57,959 nucleotides of DNA. Origin: an uncultured Trueperaceae bacterium (GTDB lineage Bacteria; Deinococcota; Deinococci; Deinococcales; Trueperaceae). The position numbers were made by a program, and so were the translations under genes. The first letter of the stretch is position 1; each line of letters opens with the position of its first letter. The stretch lies in assembly GCA_963727505.1 (NCBI GenBank), contig CAVSGP010000001.1, positions 1 through 57,959 on the forward strand, given 5' to 3'. This document shows, in pieces, positions 9,485 to 17,639 of the stretch. Under the pieces are notes generated by a model, which saw only the letters and a list, made by a program, of their open reading frames with translations, searched no databases and was not told where the DNA came from.

Positions 9485-10087
9485 ATGCGCATCTTCGTGG
9501 CCGGCGCGAGCGGCGTGATCGGCTCGCGGCTCGTCCCGCTGCTTGTGAAGGCAGGCCACGCTGTGGCCGGGATGACCCGCTCGAGCGCGAAGATGCAGGC
9601 GCTGCGGGCAATGGGCGCGACGCCCATCCTGTGCGACGTCTACGACGCCCCAGCATTGAAGACGGCGGTGGCAACGTACCGTCCCGACGCGGTCATCCAC
9701 CAGCTCACCGACTTGCCGGACGAAGCGGCGCTCATCCCGGCACGCTCCGAGGCCAACGACCGCATGCGCCGCGAGGGCACGGCCAACCTCATCGCGGCCG
9801 CCCGCGCCGCAGGGGCGCAGCGTCTTCTAGCGCAGAGCGTCGCCTGGCCCCTGCCCGGCGCTGGCGCCGCCGCCGTTGAGGAGCTGGAGCGGGCCGTCCT
9901 CGCCGTCGGCGGCGTCGTGCTGCGCTACGGCCGCCTCCACGGCCCCGGCACCTACTACGACGGGGGCTTGCCGCCCCTTCCCAGGATCCACGTGGAGGAG
10001 GCCGCCCGTCGCACCGTGGCCGCGCTGGATGCACCCTCGGGCGTGATCACCGTGACCGAGGATCGGCCACCAGCAGGCACGCGCTGA
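9485..10087 (+). CDS. NAD-dependent epimerase/dehydratase family protein
   Basis: MRIFVAGASGVIG Rossmann motif, VIHQLTDL, LRYGRLHGPG. Confidence 0.88.
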   Translation: MRIFVAGASGVIGSRLVPLLVKAGHAVAGMTRSSAKMQALRAMGATPILCDVYDAPALKTAVATYRPDAVIHQLTDLPDEAALIPARSEANDRMRREGTANLIAAARAAGAQRLLAQSVAWPLPGAGAAAVEELERAVLAVGGVVLRYGRLHGPGTYYDGGLPPLPRIHVEEAARRTVAALDAPSGVITVTEDRPPAGTR

Positions 10088-10329
10088 GCGCCGTGGCGCG
10101 CCGATCAACGCCGTCGAGCACTCGGGCGACCGCGCAACAAGCGAGGCGGATCCACGTGGTCGTTGCAACGATGGCTTCCTCGAGAAGATCGCCTGGGGGT
10201 TCGGCCTTCGGCGGATGCGGATGTTGATGCGCGTGCGACGCTGCCCATGAGGCATGGAACCCCTCGAAGACCCCGATCGGGCGCCGGCCGCGATGACGGC
10301 GAGACGCCGCGAACTTCGGTCGGCCGGCA

Positions 10330-10372
10330 CGTCAAACGCTTGACGGCATGGCGACGCCGCATCGGGCACGAT
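10330..10372 (+). promoter_or_regulatory. Crp/Fnr-type site CGTCA-N6-TGACG plus -10 element (class II geometry)
   Basis: CGTCAAACGCTTGACG at 10330-10345, centre 10337.5, 29.5 nt upstream of CACGAT (10367-10372). Confidence 0.7.
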
Positions 10373-10427
10373 AGCGGCATATGCGAGACACCTACGACGT
10401 TCCCCACGCCCGCAACCGCAGGCAGCC

Positions 10428-11819
10428 ATGAGCGACCGTTACGACGCCATCGTCATCGGGGCCGGCCAGGGCGGCGGCCCCCTCGCCGGCAAACTCGCCA
10501 AGGCCGGGCAGCGCGTCGCCCTCGTCGAGCGCCAGCACGCCGGCGGTACCTGCGTCAACGAGGGTTGCACCCCGACCAAGACCATGATCGCCAGCGCCCG
10601 CGTCGCCCACGTCGCACGGCGCGCCGCAGAATACGGCGTCCGCACCGGCGACGGCGGCGTCACCGTCGACCTGGAACGCGTGCGCCAACGCAAACGCGAC
10701 ATCGTGGAATCGTTCCGTGACGGCTCCGAGGCCAGCCTCCGGAAGATCGAGACGCTCGACCTCCTCATGGGCACCGCCCGCTTCACCGCACCCCACGAGA
10801 TCCGCGTCGACCTCAACGACGGCGGGCAGCGCGACCTGACCGCCCCCACCATCGTCATCGACGTCGGCACGCGCCCCACCGTCCCACCTATCGACGGCCT
10901 CGGCGACGTCCCGTACCACACGAACGCCACCCTCATGGAGCTCGACGAGGTCCCCGATCACCTCCTGGTCCTCGGCGGCGGCTACGTCGGCGTCGAGTTC
11001 GGCCAGATGTTCCGCCGCTTCGGGAGCCGCGTCACCCTCGTCGACCGCGGCCCCCAACTCCTCGCCCACGAGGACGCCGACGTCGCAGACGCCCTCACGG
11101 GCATCCTCCGCGACGAAGGCATCGACGTGTGGCTGAACGCCGAAACGCGGTCGGTGGGAGCCACCGACAGCGGACTGGACCTCGAAGCCGCCGTCGACGG
11201 CGAGCGCCGCAGCGTCCGAGGGAGCCATCTGCTCGTCGCCACCGGCCGCCGCCCCAACACCGACGACCTCGGGCTCGAGCACACCGGCATCACCCTCACC
11301 GAGGGTGGTCACATCCGCGTCGACGATCGCCTCCGCACCGGCGTCGACGGCATCTATGCCCTCGGCGACGTCACCGGTGGACCCGCCTTCACCCACACCT
11401 CGTACGACGACTACCGCATCCTCGCCTCCGACCTCCTCGGCGACGGCGGCTACCGCGGCCGCAGCGAACGGCTCCTCGCCTACACCGTCTACAGCGACCC
11501 CCAGCTCGGGCGCGTCGGCCTCACCGAACGACAGGCGCGCGCCACCGGACGCGACGTGCGGGTAGCCACCCTCCCCATGAGCCACGTGGCCCGCGCCCTC
11601 GAGACCGACGAGACGCGCGGACTCATGAAGGCCATCGTCGACGCCGACTCGGCCCGCATCCTCGGCGCAGCCGTCCTCGGATCGGAAGGCGGCGAGCTCG
11701 CGGCCGCCCTGCAGATCGCCATGCTCGGCGACCTTCCCTACACCGCCCTGCGGGATGCGCCCCTCGCCCACCCCACCTACGCCGAGTCCCTGAACAACCT
11801 CTTCGCCCGCGTCCCGTGA
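10428..11819 (+). CDS. Flavoprotein disulfide reductase, RclA/YkgC-like (not a true MerA)
   Basis: GAGQGG FAD motif, redox motif GGTCVNEGCTPTK, GGGYVGVE, SYDDYRIL, C-terminal HPTYAESLNNLF; no C-terminal Cys-Cys pair and no NmerA domain. Confidence 0.9.
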   Translation: MSDRYDAIVIGAGQGGGPLAGKLAKAGQRVALVERQHAGGTCVNEGCTPTKTMIASARVAHVARRAAEYGVRTGDGGVTVDLERVRQRKRDIVESFRDGSEASLRKIETLDLLMGTARFTAPHEIRVDLNDGGQRDLTAPTIVIDVGTRPTVPPIDGLGDVPYHTNATLMELDEVPDHLLVLGGGYVGVEFGQMFRRFGSRVTLVDRGPQLLAHEDADVADALTGILRDEGIDVWLNAETRSVGATDSGLDLEAAVDGERRSVRGSHLLVATGRRPNTDDLGLEHTGITLTEGGHIRVDDRLRTGVDGIYALGDVTGGPAFTHTSYDDYRILASDLLGDGGYRGRSERLLAYTVYSDPQLGRVGLTERQARATGRDVRVATLPMSHVARALETDETRGLMKAIVDADSARILGAAVLGSEGGELAAALQIAMLGDLPYTALRDAPLAHPTYAESLNNLFARVP

Positions 11820-12037
11820 AGCCGGAAGCGCGACGGTCGTGGCCCGAGGGAACCCGCACACCGCGTTCGTGGCTGGCGTCGGCGGGGCTGTCGATCGCCG
11901 TCGTAGCGGTGATGGTGGCCGCGAGCGCCTTGCTGAATCCTCTTCTAGGCCGCGTCGTTCACTGGCGCCGCATCGACATCGGTGCGCCCGTCGCCACACT
12001 CGTCTTCGCGCTGGCGTTCCGACGCCGCTGGCTCTGA
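11816..12037 (+). CDS. Small membrane protein (2 TM)
   Basis: GTGA overlap with the reductase stop; two hydrophobic segments; ends FRRRWL. Confidence 0.55.
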   Translation: MKPEARRSWPEGTRTPRSWLASAGLSIAVVAVMVAASALLNPLLGRVVHWRRIDIGAPVATLVFALAFRRRWL

Positions 12038-12077
12038 GGCGACGCAGCTGCGCTCGCCCCGTTCGGAAGGGTCGTCC

Positions 12078-12434
12078 ATGAACAAGATCGCCGTCCTCGT
12101 CCTCGCCGACACCGAGACCCACGGAGACCTCGGAAGGGTCGTCAACGCCCTGGAAGTCGCCAGGGAGTTCAAGGAATCCGGAGACCAGGTCGCCATCCTC
12201 TTCGACGGGGCCGGCACCCGGTGGATCGCCGAGCTCTCGGACCCCGAGCACAAGCGGCACGCGCTGTTCGAATCGCTGCGAGAGGTCATCCACGGCGCCT
12301 GCGCCTTCTGCTCCGCCGCCTTCGGGGTGAAGGAGGCCGTCGTCGCGGCGAACGTCACCCTTCTTACCGAGTTCGAGCAGCACCCCAGCATCCGCTCGCT
12401 CGTCAACGAGGGCTACCAGGTCATCACGTTCTGA
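12078..12434 (+). CDS. DsrE family protein
   Basis: GRVVNAL...ILFDGAGTRW...GACAFCSAAFG (CxxC). Confidence 0.85.
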   Translation: MNKIAVLVLADTETHGDLGRVVNALEVAREFKESGDQVAILFDGAGTRWIAELSDPEHKRHALFESLREVIHGACAFCSAAFGVKEAVVAANVTLLTEFEQHPSIRSLVNEGYQVITF

Positions 12435-12511
12435 TCGCCGGGGCTGACCGCCGGGGCCGGTCGGCAGGGCGCCACGGAGCTCCATGCCACAGCCCTCGGG
12501 AGGAGTGTCGA

Positions 12512-12634
12512 GCGCCGGATACCACCGTCACCTTCGAGAACCGGCGGGGCGAGCGCCTGAGCGCCCGCCTCGCGCTGCCCGTCGATCGAGCGCCGGCAGC
12601 GTACGCGCTGTTCGCGCGCTGCTTCCCCTGCTCA
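12512..12634 (+). pseudogene. N-terminal remnant of an alpha/beta-hydrolase-OsmC fusion protein
   Basis: VTFENRRGERLSARLALPVDRAPAAYALFARCFPCS resembles the family N-terminus (AYALFAHCFTCS). GGAGGA RBS lies 7 nt before a GCG that may be a mutated start; similarity ends at the Crp gene stop. Confidence 0.65.
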
Positions 12635-13327
12635 GCCGTCGGCCGTCGAGTCCGCCAGCGACGCCAGCGCGGCAGCGTGCACCCGGTAGGTCCCCCGGCT
12701 CCCCTCCACCAGGCCGCGCTCACGCAGCTCCCCCATGGCCATCGTCACGGACACCCGCGTCGCCGACACCATCGAGGCGATCTCCTCGTGCTTCAGGCTC
12801 GATGCCACCGTGACCCAGCCTTCGTCGTCCGCTTCGCCGAATCGCTCGGCCACGCCCAGCAGCACCTTCGCCACCCGCACCATCACCGGGTCGAAGCCGC
12901 TCGCCAGTTGCGCGCGGCAATCGAACAGGTGCCCGGACAGGATCTCGCACACCCCCAGCACGAAGCCCGGCGCCTTCAACGACATCTGCAAGAACTGATC
13001 GCGGGAGATCGGACAGGTCACGACGTCCGTGAGGGCCACCGCCTCCGCGCGATACGCCGCTCCCTCCGCCACGAAGGCGTCGCCGATGAAGTCGTCGGGC
13101 CCGCAGAGGGCCAGGATCCGCTCCTCCCCCTCCGGCGTCGCCACCGACACCTTCACGCGTCCCCTGGCGATCACGTGCATCTCGTTCGCCGGGTCCCCCG
13201 CCCGGAACACCGCGTCCCCCCGACCGTACGGGCGCTCCGGACACACCCGCATGAACACGTCCATGTCCTGACGGGCGATGACTTCCGAGAAGCGGGTATT
13301 GCGAACGACGAACGGACGATCGCTCAT
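12632..13327 (-). CDS. Crp/Fnr family transcriptional regulator
   Basis: cNMP-like domain (VFRAGDPA, GRVKV, DFIGD) and C-terminal HTH LKHEEIASMVSATRVSVTMAMGELRERGLV; five Cys. Confidence 0.93.
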   Translation of the reverse strand: MSDRPFVVRNTRFSEVIARQDMDVFMRVCPERPYGRGDAVFRAGDPANEMHVIARGRVKVSVATPEGEERILALCGPDDFIGDAFVAEGAAYRAEAVALTDVVTCPISRDQFLQMSLKAPGFVLGVCEILSGHLFDCRAQLASGFDPVMVRVAKVLLGVAERFGEADDEGWVTVASSLKHEEIASMVSATRVSVTMAMGELRERGLVEGSRGTYRVHAAALASLADSTADG

Positions 13328-13490
13328 GATGGCCCGATCATAGCGTCCGGCACAGCTCCCGCCCGGATTCCGGCCGGCCCTGACCTGGGGCCCCCGACCT
13401 GCGGCGCCCCGGCCCGCGGCCACGCCCGTTCACGAGGAGCTCACGAGAAGCAGGGAGCGGCGGCCGACCGGACCCGCACCCCGCACACGC

Positions 13491-13533
13491 GGTCAACTGC
13501 CGAACAGACGCGCTCGGCGGATGCGCCTACGAT
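13491..13533 (+). promoter_or_regulatory. Degenerate Crp/Fnr-type site plus -10 element
   Basis: GGTCA-ACTGCC-GAACA at 13491-13506, centre 13498.5, 29.5 nt upstream of TACGAT (13528-13533). Confidence 0.5.
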
Positions 13534-13554
13534 CATGGCGGACCCGGAGGCGAC

Positions 13555-14001
13555 ATGGCATCGAGAGGCTTGCTATTCACGTTCCTGATCGGCGCCCTGG
13601 CGCTCGCGCCCATCGCCGCCGCCGCCACGCCCAGGAGCGGCACGCCCAGGAGCGGCACGCCCAGGAGTACCGTCGGCGAGAACGTTCCGGTGCCGCCGCT
13701 GCCCTTCCCCAGCCACAACGACCCCTCCCTTTGCGGCATCCCCCAACCGATGGGCAAGGGCGTCACAGGCGTGCTCGACGGGCACTACCGCGGCGCGCTG
13801 GTCGAGCCGACCGTCTACCTCTACGACAGCCACCTGCGCAAGGCCGTCACTGGCGAGGCGCCGAGCGGAACGCCCGTCCGCGTGCTCTACTACCAGAGCA
13901 ACCCCACGCTGGACTACTACATGGTTCGCGTGAAGACCTCGACCGGTAGCTTCGAAGGCTGGGTGCCCGCGCCGTTCCTGCAGGGCGTGACAACCCCCTG
14001 A
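13555..14001 (+). CDS. Secreted hypothetical protein (possibly SH3-like C-terminus)
   Basis: Signal peptide, TPRSG repeats, HNDPSLCGIP, ends YMVRVK...EGWVPAPFL; GGAGG RBS. Confidence 0.75.
   Translation: MASRGLLFTFLIGALALAPIAAAATPRSGTPRSGTPRSTVGENVPVPPLPFPSHNDPSLCGIPQPMGKGVTGVLDGHYRGALVEPTVYLYDSHLRKAVTGEAPSGTPVRVLYYQSNPTLDYYMVRVKTSTGSFEGWVPAPFLQGVTTP
13626..13667 (+). repeat. 15-bp tandem repeat, about 2.8 copies (TPRSG)
   Basis: CACGCCCAGGAGCGG units. Confidence 0.9.
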
Positions 14002-14074
14002 GCAGGCTTCGGCGTTGCGGAACGCGCTCCGCCGCGGCCGGCCAGCCGGCCTCCTGCGCGAAGCGCACCAACGG

Positions 14075-14584
14075 CTAGACCGCGTTCGCCTCCGACGCCG
14101 GCCGCACCCGCCAGTCGATCGCCAACGCCACCTCCGCGGCCCGCAACAGGTTCGCCACCGGACAGCGTGCCTCCACGTTACGGATGAGCTGCTGTACCCG
14201 CCGCTCCGGCTCGTCGGTGAACAACTCGATCGCCAGGTCCACCGACTCGAAGTACGGCCTCACCCCCTTCACCCCCCGCGGCCCTCGCAGATCGATCACG
14301 CTCGACGCCGCGAAGTCCACTCCCGCGTACGCGAAGCGCATGGCCTGCGCCACCAAGTGGATGGTCGATCCCTTGCACCCCACCAGCGCCGCCACCACCG
14401 TCTCCAACGGCGTCTGCGCCGAATCCGCGCCATGCCGCTGCGGCGGCTCGTCCATGGCGAACGAGAACGACCGCACCGACACCTCCGTCCGCGCCCCGCC
14501 GCCGTTCACCCCCCGCACCCGGTGCACGTGTTCCTTCCGGCGCGACACGTCCGCGATGCTCGGCGGCAACAACTCCTCGCTCAT
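14075..14584 (-). CDS. OsmC/Ohr family protein
   Basis: DEP..HGADSAQTPLE..AALVGC and second Cys in EARCPVANLL. Confidence 0.88.
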   Translation of the reverse strand: MSEELLPPSIADVSRRKEHVHRVRGVNGGGARTEVSVRSFSFAMDEPPQRHGADSAQTPLETVVAALVGCKGSTIHLVAQAMRFAYAGVDFAASSVIDLRGPRGVKGVRPYFESVDLAIELFTDEPERRVQQLIRNVEARCPVANLLRAAEVALAIDWRVRPASEANAV

Positions 14585-14746
14585 CGACTCACCCTTCCAT
14601 CCTTCCACCGACCGGCCCGCACCGCGCACCTCACGCGTGGCGCCGCGAGCGATCGAGTGCTCAGCCCCGGCGCCGCCGATCCGCTGTCGAGATCGGCGGC
14701 GCAACATCCCATGCCCGGCTCCCTCGGAGCCGGACCCGGGAGACGC

Positions 14747-15457
14747 TCAATCGTCGCCCGGCACGGGCAGCAGCGGCACCCCCAGACCCCGCGCACGGCG
14801 CACGCCGAGGAACAACACCGTCCCGAACAGGATATGCGCAAGGTACACCGTGACCGCGAACTTCGCTCCCAGCGCCGCGCCGAAGAACCCCGCCCCCAAC
14901 GCCTTCGGCACCGGACTCACCAGGAACCCCGTCCCCACCAGCAGCGCGTACGGGAACGCCAGCCACGGCTGCCTCCGCCCGAACACCAGCAGGTAGATCA
15001 GCACGAAGGTCACGCCGTTGTACACGTGATCGGCCCACCCCAGCAGGTTCGACGCCAGGTCCGGGCCTACCATGATCCGGTTCGTCAAGAGCACCCCCAT
15101 CAGCATCGGCATCGACCCCGGCATGGCGTGGAACGCCCGGAACCCTACGATGCGCACCAGCTCCAGGCCCGCCGTCGCCACCATCCCCACGCCGACGCCC
15201 ACCAGCAACGTGCGCCACAACCCGTGCCACCTCACCGCCGCCGCCACGACGCCGATCACGAAGAGCACGCCGATGGCGGGGAGCGTCACCTCCACGGCCA
15301 GGCGCGAGAGCGAGGCGTACCCCGCCTCGCTCACCGCGAACAGCACCGCGCCGGATAACCCGGCCGCGATGACGGCCACGACCCTCGCGGCACGCTCCGC
15401 GACCAGGCTGACCGACCGACGATGGGAAGACGTCAGAGTACGCCCTGCACGGTCCAT
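14747..15457 (-). CDS. Hypothetical polytopic membrane protein
   Basis: About 6 TM; GWADHVYNG and AHILFG His motifs; GGAGG RBS. Confidence 0.75.
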   Translation of the reverse strand: MDRAGRTLTSSHRRSVSLVAERAARVVAVIAAGLSGAVLFAVSEAGYASLSRLAVEVTLPAIGVLFVIGVVAAAVRWHGLWRTLLVGVGVGMVATAGLELVRIVGFRAFHAMPGSMPMLMGVLLTNRIMVGPDLASNLLGWADHVYNGVTFVLIYLLVFGRRQPWLAFPYALLVGTGFLVSPVPKALGAGFFGAALGAKFAVTVYLAHILFGTVLFLGVRRARGLGVPLLPVPGDD

Positions 15458-15482
15458 GTCCGTCCCTCCCTCGTCCCTGACC

Positions 15483-15953
15483 TCACTGCGTCGCCTGCGA
15501 CAGGATCTTCGCGAACACCCCGTCCATCTTCGCGCCCGCCTTCGCCAGCTCCGGCGACACCCCCGCGAACAGCTCCGACGGCTTGAAGTACCCGATCTCC
15601 GTCTTGCCGGCCGCGTCCACCCAGACGTACATGCGCAGGGGGATCACGGCGCCCGCCGCGGCGTCCATCTCGAACAGCTTCTTGCCCGCGACGGGGTTGC
15701 CGATGAAGAACGACTCGGCGCCCTGCAGGTTCAGGCCCGTCGTCGACAACGCGCCCTTCTGGTTCAGATTGCCCAGCACCATCATCCCGTTCGACGCCAC
15801 CGCCTTCTTCAGGCTCGACACCGTCGCATCGAACGGCGCGCTCGAGGTGGCATGCAGGAACTGCGGACCGCTCTGCGCGGCAGCCGCGCCCATCATCGCC
15901 AGCAACACCAGAGCCACGACCACACCGCGGAACGAACCAACCATCTTGCGCAT
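15483..15953 (-). CDS. DUF302 domain protein with signal peptide
   Basis: FDATVSSLK...FIGNPVAG...AGAVIPLRMYVW...YFKPS; AAGGAG RBS. Confidence 0.85.
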   Translation of the reverse strand: MRKMVGSFRGVVVALVLLAMMGAAAAQSGPQFLHATSSAPFDATVSSLKKAVASNGMMVLGNLNQKGALSTTGLNLQGAESFFIGNPVAGKKLFEMDAAAGAVIPLRMYVWVDAAGKTEIGYFKPSELFAGVSPELAKAGAKMDGVFAKILSQATQ

Positions 15954-16025
15954 AGGAGTCTCCTTCGTAAGAAGCGTTCGGCCGCAGTGGACGCGGCCCA
16001 CCGGCGCCCTCGCGCCGACCCCGCC

Positions 16026-16068
16026 ACCTTGCCGCAGACGCGCGCGCCGTTCGGTCAAACGTTTGACG
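16026..16068 (-). promoter_or_regulatory. Crp/Fnr-type site plus -10 element (class II geometry)
   Basis: Perfect palindrome GTCAAACGTTTGAC at 16054-16067, centre 16060.5, 29.5 nt from minus-strand CAAGGT (16031-16026). Confidence 0.72.
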
Positions 16069-16210
16069 CGGCGCGGAACGGCGAGCGACGTTGCGACAGG
16101 GGCCACCCCGCGGAGCCGAGCGTCGTCGCGCTCCCGGCGCGGTCGGTCCCGTAGGCGTCATGATGGTGTCGGCCGGCAGGCTCCGGCCGCATTGGAGGTC
16201 CGACGCGTCC

Positions 16211-16879
16211 ATGCCCAAAGTTGACCTGACAGCGATCCTCGAGCGTGATGGCGTCGTCCCCATCTTCAGCCGTGCCGACCGGCAGGAGGTGGAACGGGTG
16301 GCCGACGCGGTTGGCGTCGCCGGGGGAAGAGTCCTCGAGTTCACCAACCGCCAGGACGACGCCGTCGCGATCTTCGCGCACCTCGCCGGCTATCTTCAGG
16401 AGCACCACCCCGAGGTGGCGCTCGGCGCGGGGACGGTCTTCGACGCAGCCACGGCGATCGAGTTCATCGCCCGCGGAGCAGACTTCGTCGTCAGCCCCGC
16501 GTACGACGACGCGGTGCGCCAGGCATGCGTGGAGCGGGGCGTGCCCTATATCCCGGGGTGCTTCACCGCCACCGAAGTGCGCCGCGCGCACGCGGCCGGC
16601 TGCAGCCTCATCAAGCTCTTCCCGGCCGCGCCTGTCGGAACGGGCTACCTGAGAGCGTTGCGCTCCGTGTTCCCGGCGGTGCGCTTCGTGCCGACCGGCG
16701 GGATCACGGCGGACCCGAAGACCGTCGGCAAGTGGCTGGCCGCCGGCGCCACCGCGGTCGGGCTGGGTTCGGACCTGATCGCGCCTGCGGGCGCGTCCCA
16801 GCGGGAGCTGGACCGCGTCCCGGAGGTCCTGCGTCCTCTGCTATCGCTGCGAGCCGACGGGGCGACGCCGGAGCGCTGA
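16211..16879 (+). CDS. eda: KDPG/KHG aldolase
   Basis: LEFTNR, GAGTV, FVVSP, IKLFPA, FVPTGG. Confidence 0.88.
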   Translation: MPKVDLTAILERDGVVPIFSRADRQEVERVADAVGVAGGRVLEFTNRQDDAVAIFAHLAGYLQEHHPEVALGAGTVFDAATAIEFIARGADFVVSPAYDDAVRQACVERGVPYIPGCFTATEVRRAHAAGCSLIKLFPAAPVGTGYLRALRSVFPAVRFVPTGGITADPKTVGKWLAAGATAVGLGSDLIAPAGASQRELDRVPEVLRPLLSLRADGATPER

Positions 16880-17164
16880 CCCCCGAGCGCTGGCCCCCCA
16901 AGTACCTGAACCTCGAGCGCGGCCCCCGAAGCGCCCCTCGGCGCTTCCCGGGCACCGGGGCGACGATCGGGACGGGCGCGCTCCATCGTGCAGGACGTCC
17001 GGTCCTGGGGCTTTTCCGCTGTCGGCCTGCGGCGTCTTGCCATGGATCGGGCCGTCCCTCTGTTGTCGAGGCTGCACACGAACGCGCGGATGCATACTAT
17101 GTTCGTATATCCAGACAGCGGCGCCGCATGGGCGCTGCCATCGCTCCGGCCCCGAAGGGACCCC

Positions 17165-17638
17165 GTGACCACAACGTATCCAGCGATCGTCTTGACGACT
17201 TTCACGTTCGAAGACGAGGCGGAGCGCTCTGCTTTCCGGCGCGACCGCCTTGACGGCGTGGCCCGCTTCCTGTTCGAGCATCTCGGGCGCTACGGCGACC
17301 CGCTCGAGCAGATCGAGCGGTGCCTGCGGCGTGCCAGTGGCAGCGCCCCCACCGACGGCGGCTCCGTCACCCTCGCCGAGGACGGCGGGGAGATCGTCGG
17401 AGCGGTGGTGACCAACGACACCCACATGGCGGGCTACACGCCCGAGAACCTGCTGGTCTACATCGCCACCCACGCCGAACACCGCGGCCGCGGCGTCGGC
17501 TCGGCGCTGATGGAGCGCGCCGTTGCGTCGGTCGACGGCAATGTTGCGCTGCACGTCGAGCACGACAATCCCGCCGTGGCGCTCTATCGCAAGCTGGGCT
17601 TCACCAACAAGTACCTCGAGATGCGGCTGGAGCGCTGA
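17165..17638 (+). CDS. GNAT family N-acetyltransferase
   Basis: ENLLVYIATH..HRGRGVG..L, NPAVALYRKLGF. Confidence 0.9.
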   Translation: MTTTYPAIVLTTFTFEDEAERSAFRRDRLDGVARFLFEHLGRYGDPLEQIERCLRRASGSAPTDGGSVTLAEDGGEIVGAVVTNDTHMAGYTPENLLVYIATHAEHRGRGVGSALMERAVASVDGNVALHVEHDNPAVALYRKLGFTNKYLEMRLER

Positions 17639-17639
17639 G

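Noticed and set aside
10088..10325. Possible gene remnant between the epimerase and the reductase
   Set aside because: No frame gave a recognisable motif or a convincing RBS/start.
10428..11819. Mercuric reductase MerA / mer operon
   Set aside because: No C-terminal Cys-Cys pair, no N-terminal HMA domain, and no merR/T/P nearby.
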